In this document: positions 55,785 through 64,000 of the stretch, one piece after another
How positions within the stretch are numbered: position 1 is the first letter of the stretch
How the letters are laid out: each line of letters opens with the position of its first letter
DNA from: Candidatus Latescibacterota bacterium
GTDB lineage: Bacteria; Latescibacterota; UBA2968
Assembly: GCA_965208125.1 (NCBI GenBank)
Contig: OZ242320.1
Coordinates: 3,104,001-3,168,000, forward strand
Direction of reading: 5' to 3'
Length of the DNA stretch: 64,000 bases
Translations under genes and position numbers: made by a program
The notes under the pieces: generated by a model
The model's database searches: none
What the model was told of the DNA's origin: nothing
The model's input: only the letters and a program-made list of their open reading frames with translations

Positions 55785-58301
55785 TCAAGCAACAAACTGA
55801 TTCAATGACACATAATCTTTGACATACTCAGGAATGAGTGTGCGATACTTCTCTGGCACAGCACGGAAGTCGCGGATAGAGAAGACCGGGTTGGTGGCGA
55901 GTTCTGTGTATGCGCGGTTTTCGATGATGAGACGGATCTGATCGCTGGTGAGGTAAGCTTTGAAATAGGTCTTGAGGGCGGGAATGGAATGGGCGTCTTC
56001 CGGTTTGTTGTCGGCGACAAATTTGTTGAATTCCTCTTCTAATAACTCGTCCTTAGACTTGAAATGTGGGATGAGGTCAAAGACTTTTTCCAATATCTCG
56101 CGCAGGGTCAGACGACGATCTACGGCTGCTGCTTGGCGGAGCTTGTTGAGGGTATAGTATTCCTCGGGCTTATCAAAGACTTCGCGGTTCACATAGTCGA
56201 TTACGCGATCCCACTGTCCGGCTTCAACGGCTTTTACTATGGTTTGATCTTCGCGCACTGTGTCTGCGAATTTGTCGAAGAACATGCGGTCAATTTTCAT
56301 GCCGTCGTAGCCTATGTCTTCTTCGGAAATTTTAGAGAGTAGGTCTTCGCCCGGATACTCGTACACGCCAATAGGTAGGGTTGGGTCAGGGTCTCCTTCA
56401 CTTTTTTTAGTGTGCCTGTACGCAGGTAATTCCAGGATTTCGTCGTAGTTGAATTCGGTTTCGAAGTATTCACAGTTGCCGAAGAAGTCAAAGAGTTTGA
56501 AGGCGGTTTTCTCAGGGTGCGCGATGCGGTCCTTGTGGCTGTCGTCTAAGAGCAGGTCGCGGAAATCGTGCTTTCGCGTGCCGCGGCCTTTGATCTGGAT
56601 GAAGTCTGTGGGTGAGAAGATGGGGCGAAATAAGCCGAGGTTGAGGATATCTGGACAGTCGTAGCCAGTGGTCATCATGCCGACGGTGACGCATACGCGG
56701 GCTTTGCTGGTGCGGTATTGAGGTAGGAAGTTGGCGGTGCCGAGCAGGTTATTATTGGCAAAGTTGATGGTGAATTGTTGTGCGTCCGGTATGAGTGATG
56801 TGACCTGTACGGCGAAGTCGGACTGGTACTTGCCGGGAAACATCCGATGGGCCATTTCGTTGAGTATGTTGGTTAAGTGGGCGGCGTGGTTCTGGCTGAC
56901 GGCGAAGATGATGGACTTGCCAATTTCACCGCTGACGGGATCGCGCAGGGCGTTTTCGAGAAAGGTTTTGCAGAAAAGCACGTTGGTGGCGTTGGAAAAA
57001 AATCGTTTCTCGAACTCGCGCTGTTTGTAGGTTTCCTCGTGGTCTTCGCCCTCGGTATCGGTGAACGAGACGACGAAGCCTTGCTCAGAGAGGAGTTGTG
57101 TTGTGACATCGGTGCGAGCGTCAACAACGGTTGGGTTGATTAAGACGTTATCTTTTACCCCATCGAGTAGGGAATAGCGAAAGGTGGGTTGTCCGCTCTC
57201 GCATCCAAAGGTGCGGTAAGTGTCGAGTAGCAGACGCCGTTCAATCTCGCGCGGGTCGCGTATTGCTGGGTCAGATGTTTTGACGCCGCGCAGATAGTCG
57301 CGGGGTGTTGCGGTCAGGCCGAGTTTGTATCCGACGAAATAGTCGAATACGGCACGGGCATTGCCCGAGATGGAGCGATGTGCCTCGTCGGAGATGACGA
57401 AATCGAAATCCGTGGGTGAGAAGATTTTCTGGTACTTGTTGTCGAATTGGAAGGATTGGACCGTGCTGACCACAATCTCGGCTCGTCGCCAGTCATCGCG
57501 GTTCTCTTTGTAAATGACTGTCTCAAAATCGGCTGAGAGCAATTCGGTGAAGACCTTTTTGGCCTGGTCTTCCAATTCGAGGCGATCTACCAGGAAGAGC
57601 ACGCGGTTGGCATTGCCAGAACGCAGGAATAGCTTGATGATGGCGGCAGCGGTGAGTGTCTTGCCCGTGCCAGTAGCCATTTCAAATAGGAAGCGGTCTT
57701 TGCCGTCCTTCACGGCGCGTTGCAGGGCGTGGACGGCTTGTAATTGATATGAGCGGAGGAAGCGCAGTTTGTTGGCGTTAATGAAGGCGGAGCGTTCGGC
57801 TTCGTTTTTCCATGCGGCTTCTGACACATAGTTGGGGCGTTGGGTGAGGACGATGTAGTCGTCGCTGACACGTTCATCTATCAGACGTTGCGGATTGGGC
57901 GCTGTCTTCTGGTAGCCTGTGACTGAATCCGGCGTTGGGAATGCAGTGATGATGTAGGGGTTGCCCCGGTCGAGGTCCCAGAAGTAGTGGAGATTTCCGT
58001 TGGAGAGGATAACGAAGCGGCAGTTCTGTGAGCGAGCGTACTTTCGCGCCTGTTCCTTTCCCGCCAGTGGCTGTTTCTCTTCTGCCTTGGCTTCCAGTAC
58101 GATGAGCGGAAATCCCCTGTCGTCCAGCAAGAGAAAGTCGATATATCCTTTGCGGGCTTTCTCGAAGTTGTCGCCGAGGGTGTTAATCTCAACACCCGCT
58201 TCGAGACGAATATTGGCGGGTTTGTCTCCTTCGTCAAAAAATCGCCATCCCGCTGATTCGAGTAGTTTATTGATTTTTAACCGTGCAGTAGCTTCGTTCA
58301 T
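55785..58301 (-). CDS. hsdR: type I restriction subunit (EcoAI/EcoEI-like)
   Basis: IDFLL..VLEAK..QAR.Y; MATGTGKT, DEAH, LTATP, QIKGRGTR; start at MNEATAR. Confidence 0.93.
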   Translation of the reverse strand: MNEATARLKINKLLESAGWRFFDEGDKPANIRLEAGVEINTLGDNFEKARKGYIDFLLLDDRGFPLIVLEAKAEEKQPLAGKEQARKYARSQNCRFVILSNGNLHYFWDLDRGNPYIITAFPTPDSVTGYQKTAPNPQRLIDERVSDDYIVLTQRPNYVSEAAWKNEAERSAFINANKLRFLRSYQLQAVHALQRAVKDGKDRFLFEMATGTGKTLTAAAIIKLFLRSGNANRVLFLVDRLELEDQAKKVFTELLSADFETVIYKENRDDWRRAEIVVSTVQSFQFDNKYQKIFSPTDFDFVISDEAHRSISGNARAVFDYFVGYKLGLTATPRDYLRGVKTSDPAIRDPREIERRLLLDTYRTFGCESGQPTFRYSLLDGVKDNVLINPTVVDARTDVTTQLLSEQGFVVSFTDTEGEDHEETYKQREFEKRFFSNATNVLFCKTFLENALRDPVSGEIGKSIIFAVSQNHAAHLTNILNEMAHRMFPGKYQSDFAVQVTSLIPDAQQFTINFANNNLLGTANFLPQYRTSKARVCVTVGMMTTGYDCPDILNLGLFRPIFSPTDFIQIKGRGTRKHDFRDLLLDDSHKDRIAHPEKTAFKLFDFFGNCEYFETEFNYDEILELPAYRHTKKSEGDPDPTLPIGVYEYPGEDLLSKISEEDIGYDGMKIDRMFFDKFADTVREDQTIVKAVEAGQWDRVIDYVNREVFDKPEEYYTLNKLRQAAAVDRRLTLREILEKVFDLIPHFKSKDELLEEEFNKFVADNKPEDAHSIPALKTYFKAYLTSDQIRLIIENRAYTELATNPVFSIRDFRAVPEKYRTLIPEYVKDYVSLNQFVA

Positions 58302-58317
58302 GCTGTTCTCTTGTTCA

Positions 58318-59193
58318 TTATCTATCACCCGATAACTCTGCGTAATCAATTTCCAGTGGCTGGGTGATTCGCTTAGCAATTTCCAGGAGGTCGGGTCGGT
58401 TGAGTGGAAAATCTTTCTCCATCTTTCCATCGGGATATACGGTTACTGTGTCTATCCTTTTGATGAATCCCTTTTTGGCTATCGCTCGATTGACCTGGAG
58501 GCCGTCTTTTGAAATTGCCATGCGAGTCTGTAAAATGCGTCCTTCGCCGATAATGCGAAAAAGAAAGCCCAGGATGCCGGATGTTGGGCGGCCTGTAAGC
58601 CCGTTGATCTCATCATAGATAACCCAATTTCCAAAATCCAGCAGTCGATAGGTCATCACCCGCCGATTGGTTACTTTGAGATGCGGCGTCGAGAGCGTAT
58701 CCATGTACGAATACCGATCTGGCCTCCCCGGCTGGTCCTCCCACCAAATTCGCACATTTACTGCCAGTTCGGGCGTTGGGGCTTCCACTATCTCGCGGAT
58801 GACCCGATCTACCCGATAATCTACTTCCATATTCTGTTTGTGTTGATAGGATAACTGCGCGTACTGGGGCATCGCGTCTTCCGCGCGTGCAGTTACTTCC
58901 ATAAATGCCTGAAACCAGTTTTCGTACCCGATAAATAGCGGCAGTCCCTGCGGATTGCGCGCTCTTGCCTTCTGTGCGAGATAAAGGATCATCTCCCCCT
59001 GAAAACGCGCACCATTGGTGGTCGCTGTCGGGTCGTAATTGTCACATTGCCGCATCGCCTCTACGATCTCTGCCCGACTGACCACCTGATACCCCGGACG
59101 CACGTCGTCTGCACATGCTGGCCGGTCCGAAAAAAAGAAAAAACAGAGGAGGGTTGCGATTCTCAACCCTCCAATGTAGTGAAAGCTCGTCAT
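58318..59193 (-). CDS. secreted hypothetical protein, paralog A
   Basis: 291 aa, hydrophobic N-terminus, colinear with 59210-60085. Confidence 0.75.
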   Translation of the reverse strand: MTSFHYIGGLRIATLLCFFFFSDRPACADDVRPGYQVVSRAEIVEAMRQCDNYDPTATTNGARFQGEMILYLAQKARARNPQGLPLFIGYENWFQAFMEVTARAEDAMPQYAQLSYQHKQNMEVDYRVDRVIREIVEAPTPELAVNVRIWWEDQPGRPDRYSYMDTLSTPHLKVTNRRVMTYRLLDFGNWVIYDEINGLTGRPTSGILGFLFRIIGEGRILQTRMAISKDGLQVNRAIAKKGFIKRIDTVTVYPDGKMEKDFPLNRPDLLEIAKRITQPLEIDYAELSGDR

Positions 59194-59209
59194 ATTATCT
59201 CTTAATCCA

Positions 59210-60085
59210 TCATCTATCGCCCGATAACTCCGCATACTCAATTTCCAGTGGCTGCATGATTTGTTTTTTCAGTTCTATGAGATCGGACCGGTCGGGTGGG
59301 ACATCTATCTCCATCTTTCCATCGGGATATATGGTCACTGTGACTATCCTTTCCAGGAATCCCTTTCTGGCTGTTACTCGAGAGATCTGGAGGCCGTCTT
59401 TTGAAATTGCCATGCGGGACTGTAAAACGCGCGCCTCGCCAATAATGTGAAAAAGAAAGCCCAGTATGCCGGATGTTGGACGGCCTGTAAACCCTTCCAT
59501 CTCGTCAAAAGCAACCCAATTTCTAAAGTCCAGCAATCGACAGGACATCACCCGCTGATTGGTTACTCTGAGATGTGGGGTCGAAAGCGTATCCATGTAC
59601 GAATACCGATCTGGCTTGCCGGGCTGGTCCTTCCACCAGATTCGTACAGTCACTGCCAGGTCTGGCGTTGGGGCTTCCACTATCTCGCGGATGACCCGAT
59701 CTATTCGATATTCTACTTCTATATTCTGTTTGTATTGATAGAGTAGTTGCGCGTACTGGGGCATCGCGTCTGCCGGGCGTGCAGTTACTTCCATAAATGC
59801 CCGAAACCAGTTTTCGTACCCGATAAATAGCGGCAGTCCCTGCGGATCGCGCTCCTGTGCCTTTCGCGCGAGATAAGATACCACATCTGCCTGGAAACGC
59901 GCACCATTGGTCGTCGCTGTCGGGTCGTAATTGTCACATTGCCGCATCGCCTCTACGATCTCTGCCCGACTGACCACCTGATACCCCGGACGCACGCCGT
60001 CTGCACATTCTGGCCGATCCAGTGTAAAGAAAAAACAAAGGAGGGTTGCGATTCTCAACCCTCCAATGTAGTGAAAGCCCGTCAT
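59210..60085 (-). CDS. secreted hypothetical protein, paralog B
   Basis: 291 aa; tandem direct duplication with 892-bp offset. Confidence 0.75.
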   Translation of the reverse strand: MTGFHYIGGLRIATLLCFFFTLDRPECADGVRPGYQVVSRAEIVEAMRQCDNYDPTATTNGARFQADVVSYLARKAQERDPQGLPLFIGYENWFRAFMEVTARPADAMPQYAQLLYQYKQNIEVEYRIDRVIREIVEAPTPDLAVTVRIWWKDQPGKPDRYSYMDTLSTPHLRVTNQRVMSCRLLDFRNWVAFDEMEGFTGRPTSGILGFLFHIIGEARVLQSRMAISKDGLQISRVTARKGFLERIVTVTIYPDGKMEIDVPPDRSDLIELKKQIMQPLEIEYAELSGDR

Positions 60086-60114
60086 GTTATCCCTAATTCG
60101 TTACGCCACGCGAT

Positions 60115-60969
60115 CTAATTTTTCAACACAATGAGAATGCGCTGACCAACGAGCAAGGGGTCGGAAAAGGAGATGGTGAGGGTTTGGGCTTCTTTATCCT
60201 CGCCGAGTGCGTATTCTTTGTCTTTGCCCAGTTTGCCATGGTCGTCACACACGGCGGCGAGTTCGCCCTGTACGGTAATGGTTTCTCCAATGGCAACTTT
60301 TTTAACGTCGGTGTTGTCAACATCGGGGAAATTTATAATTTTGTAGTTTTTACGAATCCTTCGCCATGTATGGAGATATCCCTGTTCTTTCAGGTTATCT
60401 TCAGTGCCGATATAGACGAGGACTGAACTGATAATTTCTTTGGCATCCTGAAGGTCTTCCTTAGTAACCTCAAGATTTTCCTGGGTGACCTGAAGGTCCT
60501 GTTGGGTAGCCTGAAGATCTTCGCGCAATTTTTGGCTTTCCTTATGAGCTTTTTCGAGGGCTTCTGTTACGCGTTGAAGGCGATTGGTTTGTTCGAATAG
60601 GCTGTTGCGAAGGCTGTCGCGGGAGGCTGTGACCTGTTCGAGGTCACCTCGCAGAGTGGTGGTGAGACGCCGGTATTCTTTCATTTCATTGGTAAGGCGA
60701 TGGAGGGTGGTTAGCAAAACTTTATTTGACGTGCTGGTACTATCCATTTGCGCACGCACAGAATCGATGCGGACATTTAATCCTTCGACCACCGTATTTA
60801 GAGAGTCTATCAGTGCATCATCGCGTTTGGCTTCTTCCTCCATTTGCATGACGTAGGGACTTTCTTGAATAATCTCCTCTTCGCTGGGCAAAAACGCGAT
60901 GTACAAAAGAAGGGCTACTGCGATGGCTGCAATGCCAATTACCAGGATGATTTGCTTGTTGTTATTCAC
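60115..60969 (-). CDS. membrane-anchored coiled-coil protein
   Basis: N-terminal TM helix, heptads EDLQATQ/QDLQVTQ/ENLEVTK/EDLQDAK; AGGAGG RBS. Confidence 0.75.
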   Translation of the reverse strand: MNNNKQIILVIGIAAIAVALLLYIAFLPSEEEIIQESPYVMQMEEEAKRDDALIDSLNTVVEGLNVRIDSVRAQMDSTSTSNKVLLTTLHRLTNEMKEYRRLTTTLRGDLEQVTASRDSLRNSLFEQTNRLQRVTEALEKAHKESQKLREDLQATQQDLQVTQENLEVTKEDLQDAKEIISSVLVYIGTEDNLKEQGYLHTWRRIRKNYKIINFPDVDNTDVKKVAIGETITVQGELAAVCDDHGKLGKDKEYALGEDKEAQTLTISFSDPLLVGQRILIVLKN

Positions 60970-61098
60970 GGGGTACCTCCTGAAAAAAAGACGGTTGCAA
61001 AAAATGGGGGTTGTGGGTATTAGCGGGTAAGAGATTTTCTATGGCGTTGTACCCGCTCTGGATTATTTTTCGTGGTGAAGCTGTGTGGTCCTCCCTTG

Positions 61099-62526
61099 TT
61101 ATGGTGTTATTATGGTTTCGCGGTCGGGAAACCCGCCGCCCAATGCGAGGTGGAGATCAATGCGCGTCTGGAGTCGTTGCTGGCGCACAACGAGCAATTG
61201 GCTTTCGGTTAGGTAAGCCGTGTTGCGTGTTTGAAGCACGGTCAACAGGTCTATAAGCCCTCTGTAATATCTATCTTCTGCCAATCGCCGTGCTTCCCGC
61301 GCCTGTTCAGCGGCGGTTTCCAGCGCGGCCTGGCGTTTTGCCAGATGCGCTTCTGCTGAGAGTGCATTTTCAACTTCGCTATATGCTTGCAAAACGGTTT
61401 GGGCAAATAGTGCAGCGGCTTCGGTTTCTCTGGCACTGGCCATGTCGATATTGCCCTGTATGCGCCCGCCCTGGAAGAGGGGTTGTGTAAGATTGCCGAT
61501 CAGGCTCCACACGCTGAAGTCTCCATTGAGCAGGCTGCCTAATGCGTCGCTGCTGGTTCCGCTTGAAGCAGTCAGGCTGATGCGCGGATAACGCAGGCGT
61601 TTGGCGGCTTTGTGATTGGCCTGAGACGCGGCAAATTGGCGTTCAATTGCAATGAGGTCGGGACGTCGGGAAATGAGATCTGCCGGGAGACCTGCGGGCA
61701 CTGGATGTGGTACTTGAGGGAGGTCTCCGGCAATGGCGAATGTGCCTGAGGGATAGCGACCGATGAGTACTTCGAGTTGGCGAATGGTCATTTCATAGCG
61801 TTGTTCGCGCTGGTGCAGGCGGTCTTGCGATAACGCGAGTTCGGATTTGCTCTGGCGCATGTCGAGTGAGGGCCGCACTCCCCGTTCGTAGCGCATGCGT
61901 ACCTGTTCGTGGTTGGTGAGGCTGTTTTCGTACGTCGCCTGTGCGAGTTCGAGTTGGCGCCTGGCTTCGATGGTGGCAAACCACGCTTTAGCGGTTTGTG
62001 CAGCCAGTGACATGCGTGCGCCTCGATACGTGGCCTGTGTTGCCTGATAGGTGGCTTGTGCAGCCGCAGCACTTGCGCCAAGCTGCCCCCAGAGGTCGAT
62101 TTCCCACGCGGCATTGATAGAAACGCCATAGGTGGTGCTGGTGTTTGAGAGCACCTCGCCAGGCGCCTGACCGGGGAGGGGAAATCCGATGAAGTTTTGT
62201 TTGCGTCTCAATCCCAATGATCCCGCGCTGATTTGCGGGTATAGGGGGGCGCCGGCCATTTTGGCCTGTGCGCGTGCGGCTTTGAGGCGCGCTGCAGCAG
62301 CGTGCAGGTTGTGGTTGTATGCGAGTGCCTGCGCGATTAAGCTGTCGAGACGGCTGTCGTTAAATGTCACCCACCAGAGGGTATCGGCAGGTGTTGTTGC
62401 GACAATTTCTGTCTGATAAGTTTGAGGTGGCTGAATCTGGGATTGTTGAACGCGAGGCGCGGACGCACATGAGGTTATAAGTGCAAGGCAGAGTGCAAAG
62501 TAATGCCATGTCGCGTGGGTACTCAT
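61099..62526 (-). CDS. NodT/TolC-family efflux outer-membrane lipoprotein
   Basis: lipobox LITSC, WWVTFND, WEIDLWG, RRPDL, LHLALGGG. Confidence 0.93.
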   Translation of the reverse strand: MSTHATWHYFALCLALITSCASAPRVQQSQIQPPQTYQTEIVATTPADTLWWVTFNDSRLDSLIAQALAYNHNLHAAAARLKAARAQAKMAGAPLYPQISAGSLGLRRKQNFIGFPLPGQAPGEVLSNTSTTYGVSINAAWEIDLWGQLGASAAAAQATYQATQATYRGARMSLAAQTAKAWFATIEARRQLELAQATYENSLTNHEQVRMRYERGVRPSLDMRQSKSELALSQDRLHQREQRYEMTIRQLEVLIGRYPSGTFAIAGDLPQVPHPVPAGLPADLISRRPDLIAIERQFAASQANHKAAKRLRYPRISLTASSGTSSDALGSLLNGDFSVWSLIGNLTQPLFQGGRIQGNIDMASARETEAAALFAQTVLQAYSEVENALSAEAHLAKRQAALETAAEQAREARRLAEDRYYRGLIDLLTVLQTRNTAYLTESQLLVVRQQRLQTRIDLHLALGGGFPDRETIITP

Positions 62527-62622
62527 TCTCGATCTCCTGAAAGAAGCTGAATGCTGACCGCGCTTATCATAAAGAAACTTTTGTTTTTGTCAATATATAT
62601 CGCAATCGGAGAGGATTAGATT

Positions 62623-63570
62623 ATGGCGATGCATTGTTTTGAGGGCATGCTTGAGAGCACATCGGTTAATATAGGGTTGACACTGGGATCGGGACAGGTG
62701 TTTCGGTGGGGACGAGATGTCGATGGATGGTGGAAGGGTATTGCTTATGGCGTGGTTGTACATCTGAGGCAAATGGGAGACCAGATCCAATATCGCGCAT
62801 CGTCTGAGCAGGTGGCTACATACTGTGGCGAGATGGCGATTGATGATTTTTTGAGGTGGTATTTAAGACTGAATCACATGCCCCGGATCAGGGTGCCGCG
62901 CGAGGATACCTATTTGCGAAGGGCGCGGGATTTGTTGAAGGGGCTACAATTTGTCCGCCAGGATCCATTCGAGTGTATTATTTCTTATGTTCTCTCGGTT
63001 CAAGCACATATGTCGTTGACTAAAAAGAGAATCGGGTTTATTGCGCGAACTCTGGGGGAGAGACGAGTTTTTGAAGGCGAGACGTACTGGACATTCCCAG
63101 ATTCAGATGCACTGTCTGAGTTGGATGGCGGGTTTTACAGGCGCCACCGTTTTGGCTGGCGTTCGGAGCGGGTGGCTGAAACAGCGCGTTTTATCGCCGA
63201 GTCGATACGCGATGGGGCAGACCTGGATACCTGGCGGGGTGTTTCTGATGATTTGCACGCACTGCCCGGCAGTGGGGTTGGTATTAAGGTTGCGCGGTGT
63301 ATCGATCTGTTCGCGCTGGATCGGCTCTATGCTGTTCCCGTTGATACCTGGGTGCGAAAATTTGCCCGAGAATGGTATGGTGTAACGGGTTCAGATGCGA
63401 AGATATGCCAGTGGGGCGAGGCGCGATGGGGCAAGTGGGCGGGCTATTGCAATGAGTATTTGTTCGCGTATTATCGCGAGTTGTATGGGCCAACGCTGTA
63501 CGATCGGGTGCTTTCTTTTGATGCTTCTGATGAAGCGTCAGCGGTGATGCCGTTTGAGGATACGGGATGA
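62623..63570 (+). CDS. 8-oxoguanine DNA glycosylase (OGG1-like HhH-GPD)
   Basis: TLGSGQVFRW, RQDPFECIISY, GVGIKVA.C, VPVDTWV. Confidence 0.88.
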   Translation: MAMHCFEGMLESTSVNIGLTLGSGQVFRWGRDVDGWWKGIAYGVVVHLRQMGDQIQYRASSEQVATYCGEMAIDDFLRWYLRLNHMPRIRVPREDTYLRRARDLLKGLQFVRQDPFECIISYVLSVQAHMSLTKKRIGFIARTLGERRVFEGETYWTFPDSDALSELDGGFYRRHRFGWRSERVAETARFIAESIRDGADLDTWRGVSDDLHALPGSGVGIKVARCIDLFALDRLYAVPVDTWVRKFAREWYGVTGSDAKICQWGEARWGKWAGYCNEYLFAYYRELYGPTLYDRVLSFDASDEASAVMPFEDTG

Positions 63571-63576
63571 TTGTTT

Positions 63577-64000
63577 TTACTCTCTCGCGTATTTGGGGTT
63601 GCCAAAACCGTCGTTGACGATGTGGGAACGCGCGGGGATTTCGGATTTGTCGGGAATGATGAGGTCCAGTTCGGTGCTGTTTTCAACGATTGTGCCGTCG
63701 CCCACGCGCACGTGATCTCCAAGGATGATTTTTCCCGGGTCTCGGGAACCAGAGCGCACAGTGCCGAGTACGACTGACGATGCGATTTGACAGCCTGTGC
63801 CCGTTTCGACATAGCCGTAGATGTCTGTGCCGCTGCCGATCGTGGAGCGGTTGCCAATGACGACGGGTCCGAGCAAGGTGGCATCTGTGCCTATTCTTAC
63901 AAAATTGCCAATGGTGGGGTGTCGTTGTCGCGCTCTTCCCGTCAATCCGCCGAGTGTGCAGGGATAGATGATGCACCCATAGCCTATGACACCCGTTTGA
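63577..64000 (-). CDS. serine acetyltransferase-like hexapeptide protein (5' end beyond window)
   Basis: frame open to window edge: GCIIYPCTLGG..RHPTIGNFVRIG..LLGPVVIG. Confidence 0.7.
   Translation of the reverse strand, partial: QTGVIGYGCIIYPCTLGGLTGRARQRHPTIGNFVRIGTDATLLGPVVIGNRSTIGSGTDIYGYVETGTGCQIASSVVLGTVRSGSRDPGKIILGDHVRVGDGTIVENSTELDLIIPDKSEIPARSHIVNDGFGNPKYARE

Noticed and set aside
58302-58430. N-terminal extension of HsdR in ORF track (similarly for dnaG, rpsU, sucA, PepSY)
   Set aside because: Extensions overlap neighbouring genes or lack family-like sequence; downstream starts fit family N-termini and RBS.

Overview
This is a bacterial chromosomal window, probably from an FCB-group organism such as Latescibacterota or Gemmatimonadota. 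That is inferred from the PorX-tsaE synteny, long-form IspG, a sigma70 lacking region 1.1, and the sulfatase/Gfo-Idh-MocA genes. Left edge (1-2.9 kb): a truncated, AT-richer PLD-helicase / small protein / SMC-like ABC-ATPase operon (CxC/DndD-like defence type). 3-42.9 kb: mostly metabolism and housekeeping, including a sulfatase, a sigma factor, a divergent ferritin pair, a porin/FMN-binding/PepSY putative iron-uptake operon with a structured intergenic region, sucA-sucB-lpdA, ABC-F, HU/IHF, a CAT tRNA (likely Ile2), dnaG, ispG, cvpA, rpsU and HK-porX-tsaE. 43-60 kb: a defence-like island. It holds NYN, a Fic protein with a 52-bp operator-like array, DUF5131, and a translationally coupled C5 methyltransferase / MORC-GHKL-histidine kinase fusion / receiver-effector operon, which is my best candidate for an under-described system. 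It also holds a decayed UPF0175-DUF3368 pair, a HEPN-motif protein, a type I RM system with an M-S fusion interrupted by an inverted-repeat-flanked GxxExxY gene, and a tandemly duplicated secreted protein. Right edge: TolC-family lipoprotein, OGG-like glycosylase, partial CysE-like acetyltransferase. All calls come from motif reading only; no searches were run.
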